A DNA stretch of 64,000 nt from Chrysomallon squamiferum (Eukaryota > Animalia > Mollusca). Below, one piece after another: positions 31,747 to 46,380 of the stretch; position 1 is the stretch's first letter; each line of letters starts with the position of its first letter. Below the pieces are notes generated by a model. The model was not told where the DNA came from. It worked only from the letters and a program-made list of their open reading frames with translations, and did no database searches. The stretch is taken from positions 13,082,001 through 13,146,000 of the forward strand of contig CM022674.1 of assembly GCA_012295275.1 (NCBI GenBank), read 5' to 3'. The position numbers and the translations under genes are program-made.

Positions 31747-32351
31747 CGTACCAGAAAAAAAAACAAAAACATCCAAATGTTTTACTTTGTTTTATTCCAT
31801 TTTAAAGATTTTACACTTTTATTTTTCTCAGTTTCATTACACCACATAAAATAATTTATTTATTTATTTATTTAATTTAAACTGAAGATATTCAATTTGT
31901 GTATCTGAAATACACACACGCAATTAAGACATGCAGTTCGGGAGAAACTTGTAAACAGAAATCGACCCCACTCACCACACAGACAGTAAACAAACAGGAT
32001 CCTCTGTTTTTATTATCACCTGTCATAACAACAGGTCTATATCAGGCCAATTTATAGGAACCTCTCCCCTTCTGAGCCACTCAAGTGTGTGTGAATTGCT
32101 CCAAATTGCAGCCCAAATGTCGCGGAGAGAGTGAAATTAGCCTGAACTGTGGTTATGTGGAGTATATATCTCGTCATGACTACGTTTGTAATCATACTTA
32201 CCATCACAGCGATCTGGTTTGATTTCCGAGCAGAGTGTTGATGTGGCTGTAATCAGGGTAGTATTACCTGTTTATTGGCCGTTCGCTGGTTTCTGTCTCT
32301 GCAGTGTTATCTCCAGTGTCGTTTTGTTTAATTCTCGAGTTAACAGTAATT

Positions 32352-32555
32352 GATTTGAACCAGCAATATATGATTTTAACTAGCAGTATACAATTTTTTA
32401 ACTAGCAGTATACAATTTTTTAACTAGCTGTGTATGATTTTAACTAGCACTATACAATTTTAACTAGCAGAACCTTATCTGAATTAGCAACAAACAGCTG
32501 GAACTAGTAAGATATGATTTGAACTTGCAGGATATGTTTTGACCTAGCAGTATAT
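32352..32555. repeat. Degenerate minisatellite, ~9 x 21-23 bp (TTTTAACTAGCAGTATACAA)
   Basis: Repeated AACTAGCAGTATA core. Confidence 0.85.
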
Positions 32556-32600
32556 GAATAATTTATTTGATAATATTTAAATATTATTTTAGTTAAATTT

Positions 32601-32631
<31 letters not shown>

Positions 32632-32677
32632 TTATATTTATAATAATAATAATATAATAATATTAATAATAATTATA

Positions 32678-32733
<56 letters not shown>

Positions 32734-34086
32734 TAGCTGAATGCACAGTAAGGTTAAACATAATTTATTATTTGATAGTGTACTATTAAATATAATTTAA
32801 ATGTTTACCCAATAGCATACTATTAAATATAATTTAAATGTCAACATTCTGCAATTTGATTCATACTGAACTTTTTTTTTGGCTTCTGAATATAGAATTG
32901 GCATGTTTGTTATGCAAATAACCATTACAGCTTAAGCATTAAATGTTCTGTCAAATTAAATGAAATATTATTTTCCAAAATAATAACAAAGACTCCACAT
33001 ATACATATAGGGGAGAAAAAAAAGAAGAAATAAATAAAAAATAAAATAAAATGAAAATAATAAAAATGAATTTTTTTCTTCACAAAATTAACAAATAAAT
33101 AAATAAATTAAAGATAAATAAATAAATAAATTAAAGATAAATAAATAAATACAGAAGTCAAAAAAAAAAAAAAAAAAATGTTTTATGAGAGTTGATCCTT
33201 TGACCTCCTGCATACAAAGCAGGTTCACTGCAGCTGTCTCACACTTTGATGTGATATTTCTAGTCATTCATCTCTTTCTGTTAACTAAACAAACCCTCAT
33301 CCAACTTGTCTCTGTTCTCTCAGTCTTCTCAAGCCAAACTCTGTCTGTCTGTCTGTCTGACTGGGGTTTTGAGTCTGTTTGAGTCTAACTATATTTATAT
33401 GTGAATCTATTTGGGTTGTTGTGAGCTTATTGGGGTTGTCCAGTCTGGTTGATGAGTATATTTGGGTTGTTGAGTTTATTTGGGTTGTTCAGTATATTTA
33501 GTCTGCTTGGATTTTTGAGTAAATGTATTTATCCATAATTGCCATACATAATTTAAAAAAAAAAAAATAATAAAATAAAGAATATAACATATAGGCAGTA
33601 GCAGTTTCAAAAGTTATTTTCAACAAAACAGTTTTTATTTTGATATGATTTTTGTTTTGTAAAAAATAAAATAAAAAAAAACAAAAAAAAAAAAAAAAAA
33701 AAAAAATTAAAAGAAATTTTTTTATTAAACAGCTTTCTGGAAAAATATTTTGAAAAATAAGCTGAAAGAAATTTGCTGTACACAATACGATTAAACTCAC
33801 ATTAAGGTTTGATATACAGTTTATGTCTATTGCCATTTGTTAAATGTTTTGAGGGGGTCATTAAAGTTGCCCTCTCCCTGTGTTATACAGAATTATATTG
33901 GCTATTACAGGGTGGTATAAAAAGTTAACAATCTCCGTTTTCAATACAGAGTCTGACTGTGAGGATTTGTAATCTTTTCTTTGTCAGAATTCACTGACAT
34001 AAAACATAAATCATGGAGCATTTCGAAAATGTTTAAATTGTTAACCTTCAGCATTTTATTTTTATTTATATAACACATTATGGCCA

Positions 34087-34340
34087 TGGTTCATTTTAGA
34101 ATATAAAATAAAAAGGACCATTTTAACAAAATAAGATAAAATGGACCATTTTGACATTAAATACATTGGACCATTTTTGCATATAAAATTAAAAGGACCA
34201 TTTTAAAAAAAAAGATAAAATGAACCATTTTGACATAAAATACATTGGACCATTTTTTGCATATAAAATGCAAAGGACAATTTTGACATAAAATCGTGTG
34301 AATACTTTTTGCATATAAAATGGACCATATTGACATTACA
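34087..34340. repeat. Minisatellite of ~25-28 bp units with GGACCATTTT core and ~80-bp higher-order trimer
   Basis: Direct reading. Confidence 0.85.
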
Positions 34341-35073
34341 AAATAGGAACTACTTTGTGTGTATAAAATATAACAAATTTTAGCAGTAGTCAATTTTATA
34401 AAAAAAAAAAAAAAAAAAAGGGACAGTATTGACATTTATGAAATACAGTGAACCATTTTTTTTTTTGAAACATTCCACCAGGGACCATTATGTGACAATA
34501 TTAAATACATATCTTGAACAATGTTAGTAAGTTTCCACATGGGACAGTGAAAATATTAATAACAGATCAATTTAATTTAGAGTATAAACATAGCCAGGGC
34601 TGTTGGGATGGGTTTTTTTTTTTAAATGCAGTTTGTGCAAATGCATTTGCCATTAAGAGACTTGAAAAAAAACCTGGTTATTGTGTTAGGTGATGTTTGT
34701 AGGTATGACATAGTTAAAGCCTGTTGACTGTGAGTTGGTGACAGTTCTTTGTAATATGTGAGTAAGTGGGTGACAGGTGCAGTGTGTGAGTATGGCTTCA
34801 TTTCTCCTCACTGTGTCACCCCATGTCTGTGACCTTGATATTTTTTTTTTTTTTTTTTTTTTTTCTTCTGAAAATGGTTTTAGTTTTTTTCTTGTTTCTC
34901 TTGTTGAGATTCTGTAATTACATTGCAGGTCTGTGGGTTTATAATGTTTGGGTTTTTTTTTTTTTTTTTTTTTTTTTGATTTTTTTTTTTTCATACATGC
35001 CCCTTTTAATAAAAAGAAAAAAGAAGGTTGACATCTTTTGTTTAAGAAAAAGTATTAAAAATGTCTGGCTATG

Positions 35074-35110
<37 letters not shown>

Positions 35111-35894
35111 CATTTTTGCACTTGTCTTTTTTATTTACAAGCTATTTTTCTGTTTGTGTGTGTGTGTGTGTGTGTGTTTATATGGATGCTCTCATGTGTA
35201 TATTTGTATATGCATATTGAATAATAATAAATGTAATCCTCCCCTAAAATTCTTAAAACTCAAAACAAACATGTAAAAAATAAACTAAACAAAAAAAAAA
35301 AGCTTTTTACTTTAAAAAAAAAAAAAAAAAAAAAAAAATTATAAAAAAGAAATAATTTTCCTTAAAACAAGTCTCATCCATCTTACAGAAAATTCAACCC
35401 CAACCAGAAAAACCATTAATTTCAATTAAATTTTTTTATTTAAAAAAAAACAACATTTCCTATCCCTCTTTCCCCCCAGACTATAATTCTGACAAGAAAA
35501 GAAAAACAACACCGTAACATATCATTTATTAGTCTAGAATTTCAGTTTATTGGGGTAGATTCATAAATAATCTCTCGTTGGCTGACAGCATTCTGCATTT
35601 TCACAAACTCCGTGGAATTCTAGGTGAAGCTCCAGCATGGAAGAAAAGAAATGATACCTTGAGCAGAATGACAGGAATTTTGTAGTATCACGTCGCTGAA
35701 CCTTTTCTCATGGTAATTAGGAAGACGCAGGGTAGTTTAGTTATTATGCGACTGAATTTCATAATGAAGTTGGATACAAAAAAGAGAGAGAAAAGGAATT
35801 TTAGAAAATGATGTTAAAATTTAGGTTTTTTTTATTTTTTTTTTAATTTAATTGTGGGGGTTGTTGTTAAAAATTTATTTTCAAAACAGATTTT

Positions 35895-35930
<36 letters not shown>

Positions 35931-37021
35931 GTGGTGGTTGGTTATTAGTTAGAATTGATTTTTCATTATTGTTGTTTTGCTTTTTAAATACAGATTTACT
36001 TATGTTCCAAACATGATGATGATGATGATGATAGTAGTAATATTAATAATATTAAAAAAAGACAACAAAAATAACTTTAACAACAGCAGTAATAACAACA
36101 ACAACAACAACAATTACTACTACAGCAGCTATAACAGTAACAACAACAACAACAACAACAATTACTACTACAGCAGCTATAACAGTAATAACAACAACAA
36201 TAACTATAAATAATAACAGTAATAACAAAACAGTAATAATAATAATAATAACAGCAGCAACAAAAACATATTAAAAAAAAGAATAATAAAAGAAGAAGAC
36301 AAAAAACGTCAACTCCAGTCAAGCAGATCAACATGTGACTCTGACTGACACATAACCTCACAGACGAGGGTCACTCTCTGACATTTCTAACCTCTGTAAC
36401 CTCTCATTATTAAAAGAGACCTCCAAGGAATTAACTTGCATCAAAACTCTCTGTCTCATGAAATGCAAATTATCGACAGTCCTGGCACAATCAACAGTCA
36501 GCTAATTACTGGGAAAATAACTGGTATCTTCACACCAAGCTGTTAAATATATCTGTTATTACACCCTTTATTTCATATATCTTTTTTTATATCTTTATTT
36601 TTTTTATTTCCATCTGTAAATTCACCGAAATTGTTACTCTTTCAGGTTTATATTTCAGTGACATATGTTGCTTTATGAACTAAGTAGAATTACAATAATT
36701 ATGACGAATATAATTGGAGTTTTTTTATTAGTTGTACATTTGAATATTTATTTAATATGGCCTCTGTTTATTTAATGCATATCTTGTAGATGTAATTATA
36801 TGGAAAGATCAAATATTCATTAATCTGTATATGCTTTATTTAACAGATTTTTTTTCACTTATTAATCGTTTTCTGTTATATATTTTGCATTAGCTATTAT
36901 ACTGGATATTTATCTACATATTCTTTAATTTGCATCTTTATTTCATGGTGGTGTTGGAACAAGCACACACACACACACACGCACACCCATACATATAAAA
37001 AAATGCACTCACACACACACG

Positions 37022-37061
<40 letters not shown>

Positions 37062-38129
37062 CACACACAGTGATAAACACAATTTTCATCTGTTCACCAT
37101 TCCACATTTATTTTTCTTCTTTCATTTCCCCTCTGTTTTCTTCAGTAATCTGCAACATCCCCCTCCCCCTTCTCCTATTCAAACCCAAACACTGGCTTTA
37201 AATTACTTAATCACGTTCGAATCATATTCAGTCAGGGATTTGCTTTGGACAGCCATCTCGTCTATCTAATTCGTCTATTACAGCGACAGACTAAGTGAAG
37301 GCAAATGATATCTGCAGTGAGTCGCTGCTCACCCAAATTGGACGTTGCTCACTGTGAGTAAAACCGTCGACAAACGAGATTTCATCAGCTAACTTTACCT
37401 TTGTGCGACAGATTTGTTTTCAATGCTTCGTTAGGCAGCATTTCTTTTTCTTTTCACTTCTTTTATTTCTTTCCATTTTTATAAATAAGCTGGTTTAGTT
37501 GTAGAACATGTAGAAATTGTGTGCGTATTTGTTGGATGTTTTTTTTTTTCATGTTTAATTTGATTTTTATAAACAAGTTGATTTAGTGTAGAATGTGTAT
37601 GTTGTGTCCATATTTAAGGATCTGTTGAATTTTTTTTTTTTCTATTTTTCTTTTCTATTCATTTCACAAAAATGTTCTTAAAAGCAGATTCATTTAATAG
37701 CAAATGTTCTGTTCATTATAAATTGTGTGCAGTATGTTACATGAAATTAATAAACATCATCTGTCAAGATTTTCCCAAAAATAAAATAAAAATTTCTATT
37801 CTCATTTTATTGATCAGAAACACACCTCTTCAGTTTCTGTTCTGTGTTTTATTAGCGATTGTTTCCTTTTTTTTTTTTTCAAAAAAATAACAAAAAATTT
37901 CTCTGTTGTTGCCTGGACACAAACTTCTCCCTGCCTGCCAAGCTCTTCCTGTTTATATCATTCACAGATTGAAGTGCTGGATGCACTTCGATTAACTCTT
38001 CAAGTTTCTAGACAGCCTGGTTTATTTCTTCTTTGACTGATCAATATTTCTACCTTGAATACATTCCCTTGTTTCTCCTGTTCCTCTGGCCTTTTCAACT
38101 CGTTACTGGCTTCGTTACAGTTCTAACCT

Positions 38130-38460
38130 TGTTGTAGAGTCTGTTGTTTTGTTTTTTTCCTGGTTTTTGAAGTCTATAATTTATCCTGGTTTTTAGAGTC
38201 TGTAATTTATTCTGGTTTTAAAGTCTATAATTCATCCTGATCTTAAAATCTATAATATCTTGCTCAGTTTTATTATTATTTTTTTTTAAATTTTTGTTAT
38301 CAGTCTTGCTTTATTCTGGTTTAAGTCCAGTTTTATCCTGGTTTAGGTTTCAGTTTAGCTTCATCTTGGTTTCAGTCGTTTAATCCTGGTTTTGATAGTT
38401 TTATCCTGGTTTTGATAGTTTTATCCTGGTTTCCGTCGAGGTTTTATTGTGGTCTTAGAC
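38130..38460. repeat. Degenerate minisatellite with TTTATCCTGGTTTT core (27-bp units shortening to ~20 bp)
   Basis: Direct reading. Confidence 0.8.
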
Positions 38461-39185
38461 TATTTTTATCTTTATTTTATACCAGTGACTTTTCTTTATT
38501 TCTCAAATAAGTTTTTTTGTTTATATTCAACTTTTGTATCATTTCTGCTACAACAAAACCTTCGTCTCAAATATAACATTCTGTGTAATATAATCTAACA
38601 TACAAAGGTCATTCTGGGTGTACTGAAGCATTCTACATAAACACTCATTACCTTTATTATGCTACAACTAATACAAATCTGCCAAAGCTCAAGTCATTTT
38701 TTATATTTTATTGAATCAGAGATACATATGCCTGGCAAAAAAGTCAATAAAAATGATAAATTGTATTAATTCTGAAATATCATTTTTCTCTTTATGTTTA
38801 ACTTGTTTTGTGTCCCATTTTCTGTCTCTTTGCTTTCTTTTCTTTTTGTGCTGTCTCTTTCTGTCTCTGTTTATCTTTGACCTTCTCTTTCTTCCTCCCT
38901 CCCTCTCTGTTTCTCTCTCTCTCTCTTTTCTATTTTCTTTTTCCTTATTTCTCTTTTTCTCTACCTTTCCATTTATCTTGTTCTATCCTTTTTTCAATCT
39001 GTCTTTCATTTTTATCCATTTTCTTTCTTTTCCTTTCTTCTGTTACTTATTTTCCTTTCACCAGTTTTCTGTCTCCTTTGATCTTTCTTTCTTTCTTTCT
39101 TTTTTCTTTTTTCTTTCAGTTGTCTTTTTATTCTTCTTCTTTCTGTCTGTCTGTCTGTCTGTCTCTCTTTCTCTTTGATGCTGAG

Positions 39186-39232
<47 letters not shown>

Positions 39233-39756
39233 CCTACACACACAGTCCCACAGTAACTAACTGATTACTGATTAACAACAACACAAACTCTACTACATAA
39301 TAACCAAAGACACTTCACTTACTTTACCTCTCAGAATTTCATCACAAATCAAATATGAACACATAACTGAAATGTCATTAAAATATCATTCCAAGATTAC
39401 CAAGAACATGGTTTACTGAAATATCAATAATTTCATCCTCGTTTAACAAAGCCTAAAATTAGTTGTATGGTTTTTAATGGTGATCATAATTCTGTTACTA
39501 ACATCAGAATGTACATAGAGACAGAGTTATATATGTAATTTAAGACTCAGATGAGCTTATGTTCATATACTGAATGATTTTTTTTTTTCTCCATTTTACA
39601 GGATAAGGCTTGTCATAATGGATGTTGTGTATAATGTATGGTCTAAATTATTATATACTTTTATGTTGTGGATATTAATCAGGTACAGAGTAAAATATAT
39701 TGCATATTATATAGAAGCTATTTCAGTTTATGTATTTATTTTATTACAATGGTTCT

Positions 39757-39812
<56 letters not shown>

Positions 39813-41334
39813 ACACATACATAACAGTGGTTATTAATGTTTATTAGTGTGTGTTAATATTTAATTTACATGCATTATGGTTCTTTATGTTTTAATATAA
39901 TGAGATTTTGCAAGCAGAATTACATAGATTTTATGTAACGTATCCTCACATTTAAAATTTATCCAGTATTAAATGACTTGTTAATGAAAACATTTATTAT
40001 TTATATTCATGTTATTCAGTCATAACTCTCAATACACAAATAGATATAACATACACTTGTCGTTTTAATTAACATATTCAATTATGCATTTTAAAGGTGT
40101 TTGGTTAGAGTGCTCATCACTTCATGCTTCACTGAATACCAGAGCTAATTAGTACACCTGTTGAACACCTGTGTGCCATAGCCACTAATTAATAGAATGT
40201 CGTTAGTGATTAGGTGTAATAGTGTGTCATTTAGTGCTGGTTCTGAAACCATTTTGTTTAGGAAGATAAGTAAATGAATGGTAGAGAAGAGAGAGAAAAA
40301 AAAAAAAACAGGTAAAAAAATTATAGCTTAGAAAGAAAGATTGATAAAGATAGATAGATACTATGATTGATCTGGTGAGAAAAAAGAAGAGAGATGGATA
40401 AATATTGATTGAGAGAAAAGTACAAGAGAATAGATGCAGAGATAAAAAAATGGAAATGATGCAGAGAAAGACAGAAAAACAGAAGACAAAGGAAAATAAA
40501 GAGAGTTGAAAAAAAATAGTTCTGAATCATTCATCAGTAGCAAAAATAATTTTAATTAATTAAGAAGAAAAGAATCTTTTAAAAAATAGAAAATAAAAAT
40601 CTTTAAAAAAAAATAAACCCAGAAAAAAAAAAAAAAAACTAAATTGCAAAATAGACAAAAATGAAGCAGAAATGCTTTTTAAAAAAAACCAGGAAAAATA
40701 TTTTCTCTTTTCAAAATAGTTGGCGTTCTTTGACGTGTTTTTCAGTTTTTTCTCAACACTGCTTCTTTCATTTTGTGACTCTAACAATGGGGCCATGTGT
40801 ACCCACTTCCCAGAAACTGGTCTGTCAACACCACTGGTCACTGTTGACCACTGGTCAGCAGGAAATTGCTTTTCAGCCCCGAAGGCATCTTGATTTCAAT
40901 ATTGATACCAAAGTTCAATTAAAGAATTTTTTTTTTTTTCTTTTTTCAACATTCCGTTTGGTTTTTATTTTTTCACTTTTACTTGCCTGTACTTGTATTT
41001 CATTTTATAAAATCCTTGTTTAGTGATGTTTAATTTTAAAGTCTGATTCTGTGTTTATCAGAAATATTAATTTTAAAGTGTTTTTCTTCACATTTGTCTT
41101 TTTTGACTTTTTCACTTTCTTTGACTCATTCTCTTCTCATCATCCCTCTTTCGTTTACTCTATTATATTTTTCTTTCTTTCTTTTGCCTTCGTATTTACC
41201 TTCCTTCTTCTTTCTTTTTCTCCCTTCTCATTCTTTCTCCCCACACAGATAGTGACAGATATGTTTGTCTGTCTGTCTGTTTTTCTGTGCTAGTTATGTC
41301 TCTTTATGTCTGTAGATTTGTCTTTGTATATCAC

Positions 41335-41483
41335 ACACTCCAACACACACACACACACACACACATATACAGACATAGATACAGACATACATACACAACA
41401 TATACACGCTTTACATACATACATACATACATGCATACACTCACACAGTCACATAAATACATAAGCACACACATATACACACA

Positions 41484-41521
<38 letters not shown>

Positions 41522-41557
41522 CACACACACACACACACACACATAAACACACACACA

Positions 41558-41608
<51 letters not shown>

Positions 41609-41622
41609 ACACACACACACAC
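41335..41622. repeat. Compound (CA)n/(CATA)n repeat
   Basis: Direct reading. Similar tract at 46290-46477. Confidence 0.9.
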
Positions 41623-43159
41623 AGTAATACACAGTATATTAAGAAATGCGTGTAACAGTAACTTCTGCTAAGCAGTAACATGTGTATTTACCTACCAGAT
41701 ACCTACAACATCACAAGATACACGAGTCTACTCAGGATATCTGATGCCTGGGTGTTGGATAACTTGATAATTAGTCGGTTGGATATCATGTGACTTTGTA
41801 TTCCATTCTCTGCATGTGTAAGGCTTAACACTGGCTACAGAATTACCACAATTAATTACAGATTTCGAAACCCAAGTGGATGCTAAAAATCCACTGTCTT
41901 AGGTAGATGCATAAATAATCTGAATCAGTGGTCTGTGTGTTGAGCATAATATGAGTAAAATATGAGTAATGTGGGATGTGTTCTTTCTTTGTGAAATGGA
42001 TATTACTACTGAATATGTGAGATGGATAGATTTCCTTTACACTTGCGCATTCATGCATGCACACACATGCTTCTACCTGTATATGGACACACACATACAT
42101 ACATATGCATGCATACATATTATGGTTCTTTTCATTATTATTTTTCTTGTTTTATGGATTTTTGTTACTGTTTTTTGTTTTTTCAGTTTTATTTATTTAT
42201 TTTTTTTTTTTTTTTTTTTTTCTATTTCTGTGTTATGTTTGTTTTGGCTTCTGTTACAGTATAACCAGTTTGGCAGCTTCCTTTTAATAAATTATTTTTA
42301 ATGACATTAACAGGACAGGAAAAACATTTGTTTATGCGATATTAAATATTTATTACTTTTTAAAATATAAAAATTTTCTGTCTGTTTACATAATACTTAC
42401 TATTTCTTAAAAAAGAAAAAAAGATATTTACATATTTATGTAATATATAATTTTAAAATTTGTTCCTTTTATATTTTAAGTATTAAATTTTTATTTATTT
42501 ATTCATTATTTATTAATTATTTTTTTGTATTTAAAATTAATTTTATTTTTTCAAATTTTTTAATTAAATTTATGCACCATTTAATTACGAACAGCACTAA
42601 TAATTTTTATTTCAAATTCAAATTAAATTCAAATCAGAATTTTTATTACTTAAATGGAATATAATCAAATTTAATATAAAAAAAAAAAATGAAATTAAAT
42701 ATATGTAAATTAGTTAGTTAACAATGAAAGTTAATTCACTAAACTAATAAATAATTGTTAATTTATTTTTTTATCGAATTACAAAAATCCTTTTTTTTCA
42801 TTAATAAATTACTTTTTGTCTCTGAAAGTTCGTTGACCTTGTTTGTAAATTAATAATTTTTGTCTCATTAATCTTGTTGTAAAACTGATAATCTCGTCTA
42901 TTCAGTGTCATAACTTAATTAAATCTTGTTTTTAATGTCGTTTAATTTCACACATGTGTATTGTCTGAACGGAGAAATTGTGGAAAATTACGAATCCTGG
43001 GTGATTTTTCTCTAATGAAATTCTGATTTATTCACCAGAAAAAATAATTATTGTCACCCTCTGGTCACAGGAAGATAAAAATAATCTTTTTTAATTCTTA
43101 AAATTAATTTGTTTTAATTTTCAATTTCTTTCTGGGCTTTCTTTTCTGTTTTTCAAATT

Positions 43160-43453
<294 letters not shown>

Positions 43454-43847
43454 TGAAAATGTTAATGAAAAGTATGAATTACAACTACTGTTAACTTTTC
43501 ACCCCAACTAGAATCTGTCATCAAATTTTTTTTTTTTTTTTGTGTGTTTAAGACTCCTTTACTAAACATCCTCTGTTATCAGTCACTGAAGTTTTTTTTT
43601 AAAAAGATAACAATACTGTGAAGTAAAACATGGTTATACTGGACACCCCTAGAACCCACTACTGAAGTGATATTTCTGAGATTAAGATAATAAGCTGTAA
43701 GATTGCTGTATTTGACAGCTAGATTAATAAATTACTGAACATAGGTACATCCCATCAACACCTCTGTATAGTAAGAATCTTGTTTTATATATTTTTTTAA
43801 TTCAAAAAAACAAAAAAAAGAAATAACAATCTGTATATACACATGTA

Positions 43848-43900
<53 letters not shown>

Positions 43901-45230
43901 TCAGTAAAAGCACCCAAATTATACCAGACATAAGAAGAAGAAAAATTCAAAAATATTTATATTTTATATATTTCAGATTATTATTCTTTTTTTTTTTACA
44001 TTTTTTAATCACCAAGCTTTTGATTGACACAGTCAGTATCATATGTAGATTAAAAAAAAAAAAAAAAAAATTTTAATCATGTTTATAAAATTCTGCTTTA
44101 ATCACAGGATACTTGATCTTTGATCTCTCACATCATAAAATATTTTCATAAACATAACAGCTTTATGTCAGCAAAAGAATTTTGACACATCACTGGTTTT
44201 AAGTTGGTTATGATGTTTATGTTGATAACAGAAATCATTACAGTTTGGTTTTTATTATCAAATGTGTTATAAGCTGGTTATAATGCAGTTGTCTGTTAGT
44301 AAAAATCCAACCAGTCTGCATTTTTTTAAATTTATTAAAATAGATGGTATGTGATGTCTTGTAAATAACGAAACGGACCATTATAATAATATTAATATAA
44401 AAAAACATTATCACTACCAAAATATTTGACAGCTTAAAAGTTAAATGTTGTAGATGAGATATCATGACTGGTAGTTGAAATTCTTATTAAAATATGTGGT
44501 ATGTGATATCCTGTAAATAATATAACTGAGCATTATTAACATAAAAATACTATCATTAAAATACTAAAATTATGGGTGATAACTTAATTGGTAGTGGGAA
44601 TTGTTCTTATTAAAATACATGGTATGTGATATCCTGTCATATTTAACCAGTTTTTTTCTGCCTTCTGTCCCTCTGTTACATTTTCTTTATTTACCTTCCC
44701 CCTACCCCCTACTCCCTCCTGCTCTTCCTCTTTCTCTCTTTCTCGCCCTCTCTCTCTCTCACACTCACTCTTACTCAAACACAAACGTCAATACAAGAAA
44801 TTCTCCAGTTTCCATATCTCTCTCTCACTGATGCTGAGGCATATTTGTGTGTAAGTGAGAAATAAGTAGTAACAAGTATTCCTCTAGGCCTGACATGGCC
44901 ACACATGCACAGGCTCCCCCCACCCATGCCACAGACTCCCCCCACACCGCAGACTCTCCCGCAGGCTGGGGGGGTCTCACTGGGGAGATTTCACTGCACT
45001 GCAGTCAAACAGTGGATAGTGTTTCAGTGCTTCTCTTGTTATTGAGACAGGAGAACAAAGCATGAAAGGTTTTTGTTGAGCATTCCAGCTGCGAAGACAG
45101 ACATCTTGTTTCCATGGCGTCATGTGATGAAACCTTTTTTTTCTCTGCCGAAAGAACAAAGTTAAAAAAAAAAAAAAAAAATTGAAAAGCTCTTTTTCAA
45201 AATTCCCCAGCTACATTAAAAAAAAAAAAA

Positions 45231-45540
45231 ACCTTTTTCTAGTTACCCAATAACCTTTACCTAGTCACCCACTAACCTTTCTTAGTCACCACTACCCTTT
45301 ACCTAGTCACCCACTAGCCCTTTCTTAGTTATCCACTAACCTTTACCTTAGTCACCACTACCCTTTACCAAGTCACCCACTAACCCTTTCTTAGTCATCT
45401 ACTAATCTTTCAAGTCACCCACCTAGCCTTTTTCTAGTCACCCACTAATCCTTTACCTAGTCACCCACTAACCCTTTACCTAGTCACCCATTAGCCCTTT
45501 TCCTAGTCACCCATTAGCCCTTTCTTAGTCGTCTACTAAT
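45231..45540. repeat. Minisatellite, 14 x 20-23 bp, consensus TAGTCACCCACTAACCCTTTACC
   Basis: Cores counted at 45239, 45261, 45282, 45303, 45325, 45348, 45369, 45391, 45411, 45434, 45457, 45480, 45503, 45525. Confidence 0.9.
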
Positions 45541-45730
45541 TCCCACTTTGTGCCAGGAATCCAGCAAATCTTTGAGAGCAGCAACATCATCCAGTTTATT
45601 AGTTGACCAGAAACCATCTCTCACATAATGATTCTTTAACAGTGTGTTGTTCACCCACTGGTAAAATACTGTATACAGACACCTCCCTCCCTCCCTACCT
45701 CCCCCCACAGGCCAATTTCTCCACTGTGTG

Positions 45731-45777
<47 letters not shown>

Positions 45778-45780
45778 CAC

Positions 45781-45850
45781 ACAGGTAAAGGGATTTGAAC
45801 TTTGTACATTGTAGTCTTTAAAACACCGACTTAACCAATACACAGAGACC
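45781..45850 (-). mobile_element. Degenerate tRNA-derived SINE head
   Basis: Minus strand ggtctctgTGTATTGGTTAAGtcgg...gtacaaaGTTCAAATCCCtttacctgt. Same layout as 9681-9752. Confidence 0.5.
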
Positions 45851-46284
45851 TGGATTTTACCATGTTGTTTACTTTGTTTGCAAAGAATTTTAAAAGAAAT
45901 ATATATTTTTTTATTTTTGTTATTCTGATATCATTACACACATAATTTGGAAGCAATTTGTATTTGTTGTTTTTTTTCTTCATCTCCATTGCATGCAGTT
46001 CACTACATTAAAAAAAAAAGTGGAAAGATAAAACAACATTTTCTTGTAGTTATTTTTCTCGTGGTGTTTTCTAAGATAATGTGATATTCTGGAAGATAAG
46101 GTTTCTTTTAGTTTCTTTCTTCTTCTTTTTTTTTTTTTTTTTTCTTCCTCCTTGCCATTTGCAAGAGATAGGATTTTCTAAAAGTGAAAGGTATGAAAAT
46201 GTTATTATGTGATATTCCCATTACCAAATTATAAATGGTTGGGTGTTAATAATGTACATAAATAATTCATACACACAAACCTAC

Positions 46285-46340
<56 letters not shown>

Positions 46341-46349
46341 TACTCACAC

Positions 46350-46380
<31 letters not shown>

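Noticed and set aside
28336-32250. Perfect minus-strand donors ATG|GTAAGT at ~28343 and ~32200
   Set aside because: Antisense within the intron, with no adequate acceptor or coherent ORF.
44900-44985. C-rich/G-rich hairpin (AGACTCTCCC...GGGGGGTCT)
   Set aside because: Short, dependent on G-U pairs and derived from a local CAGACTCCC triplication; no ncRNA hallmarks.
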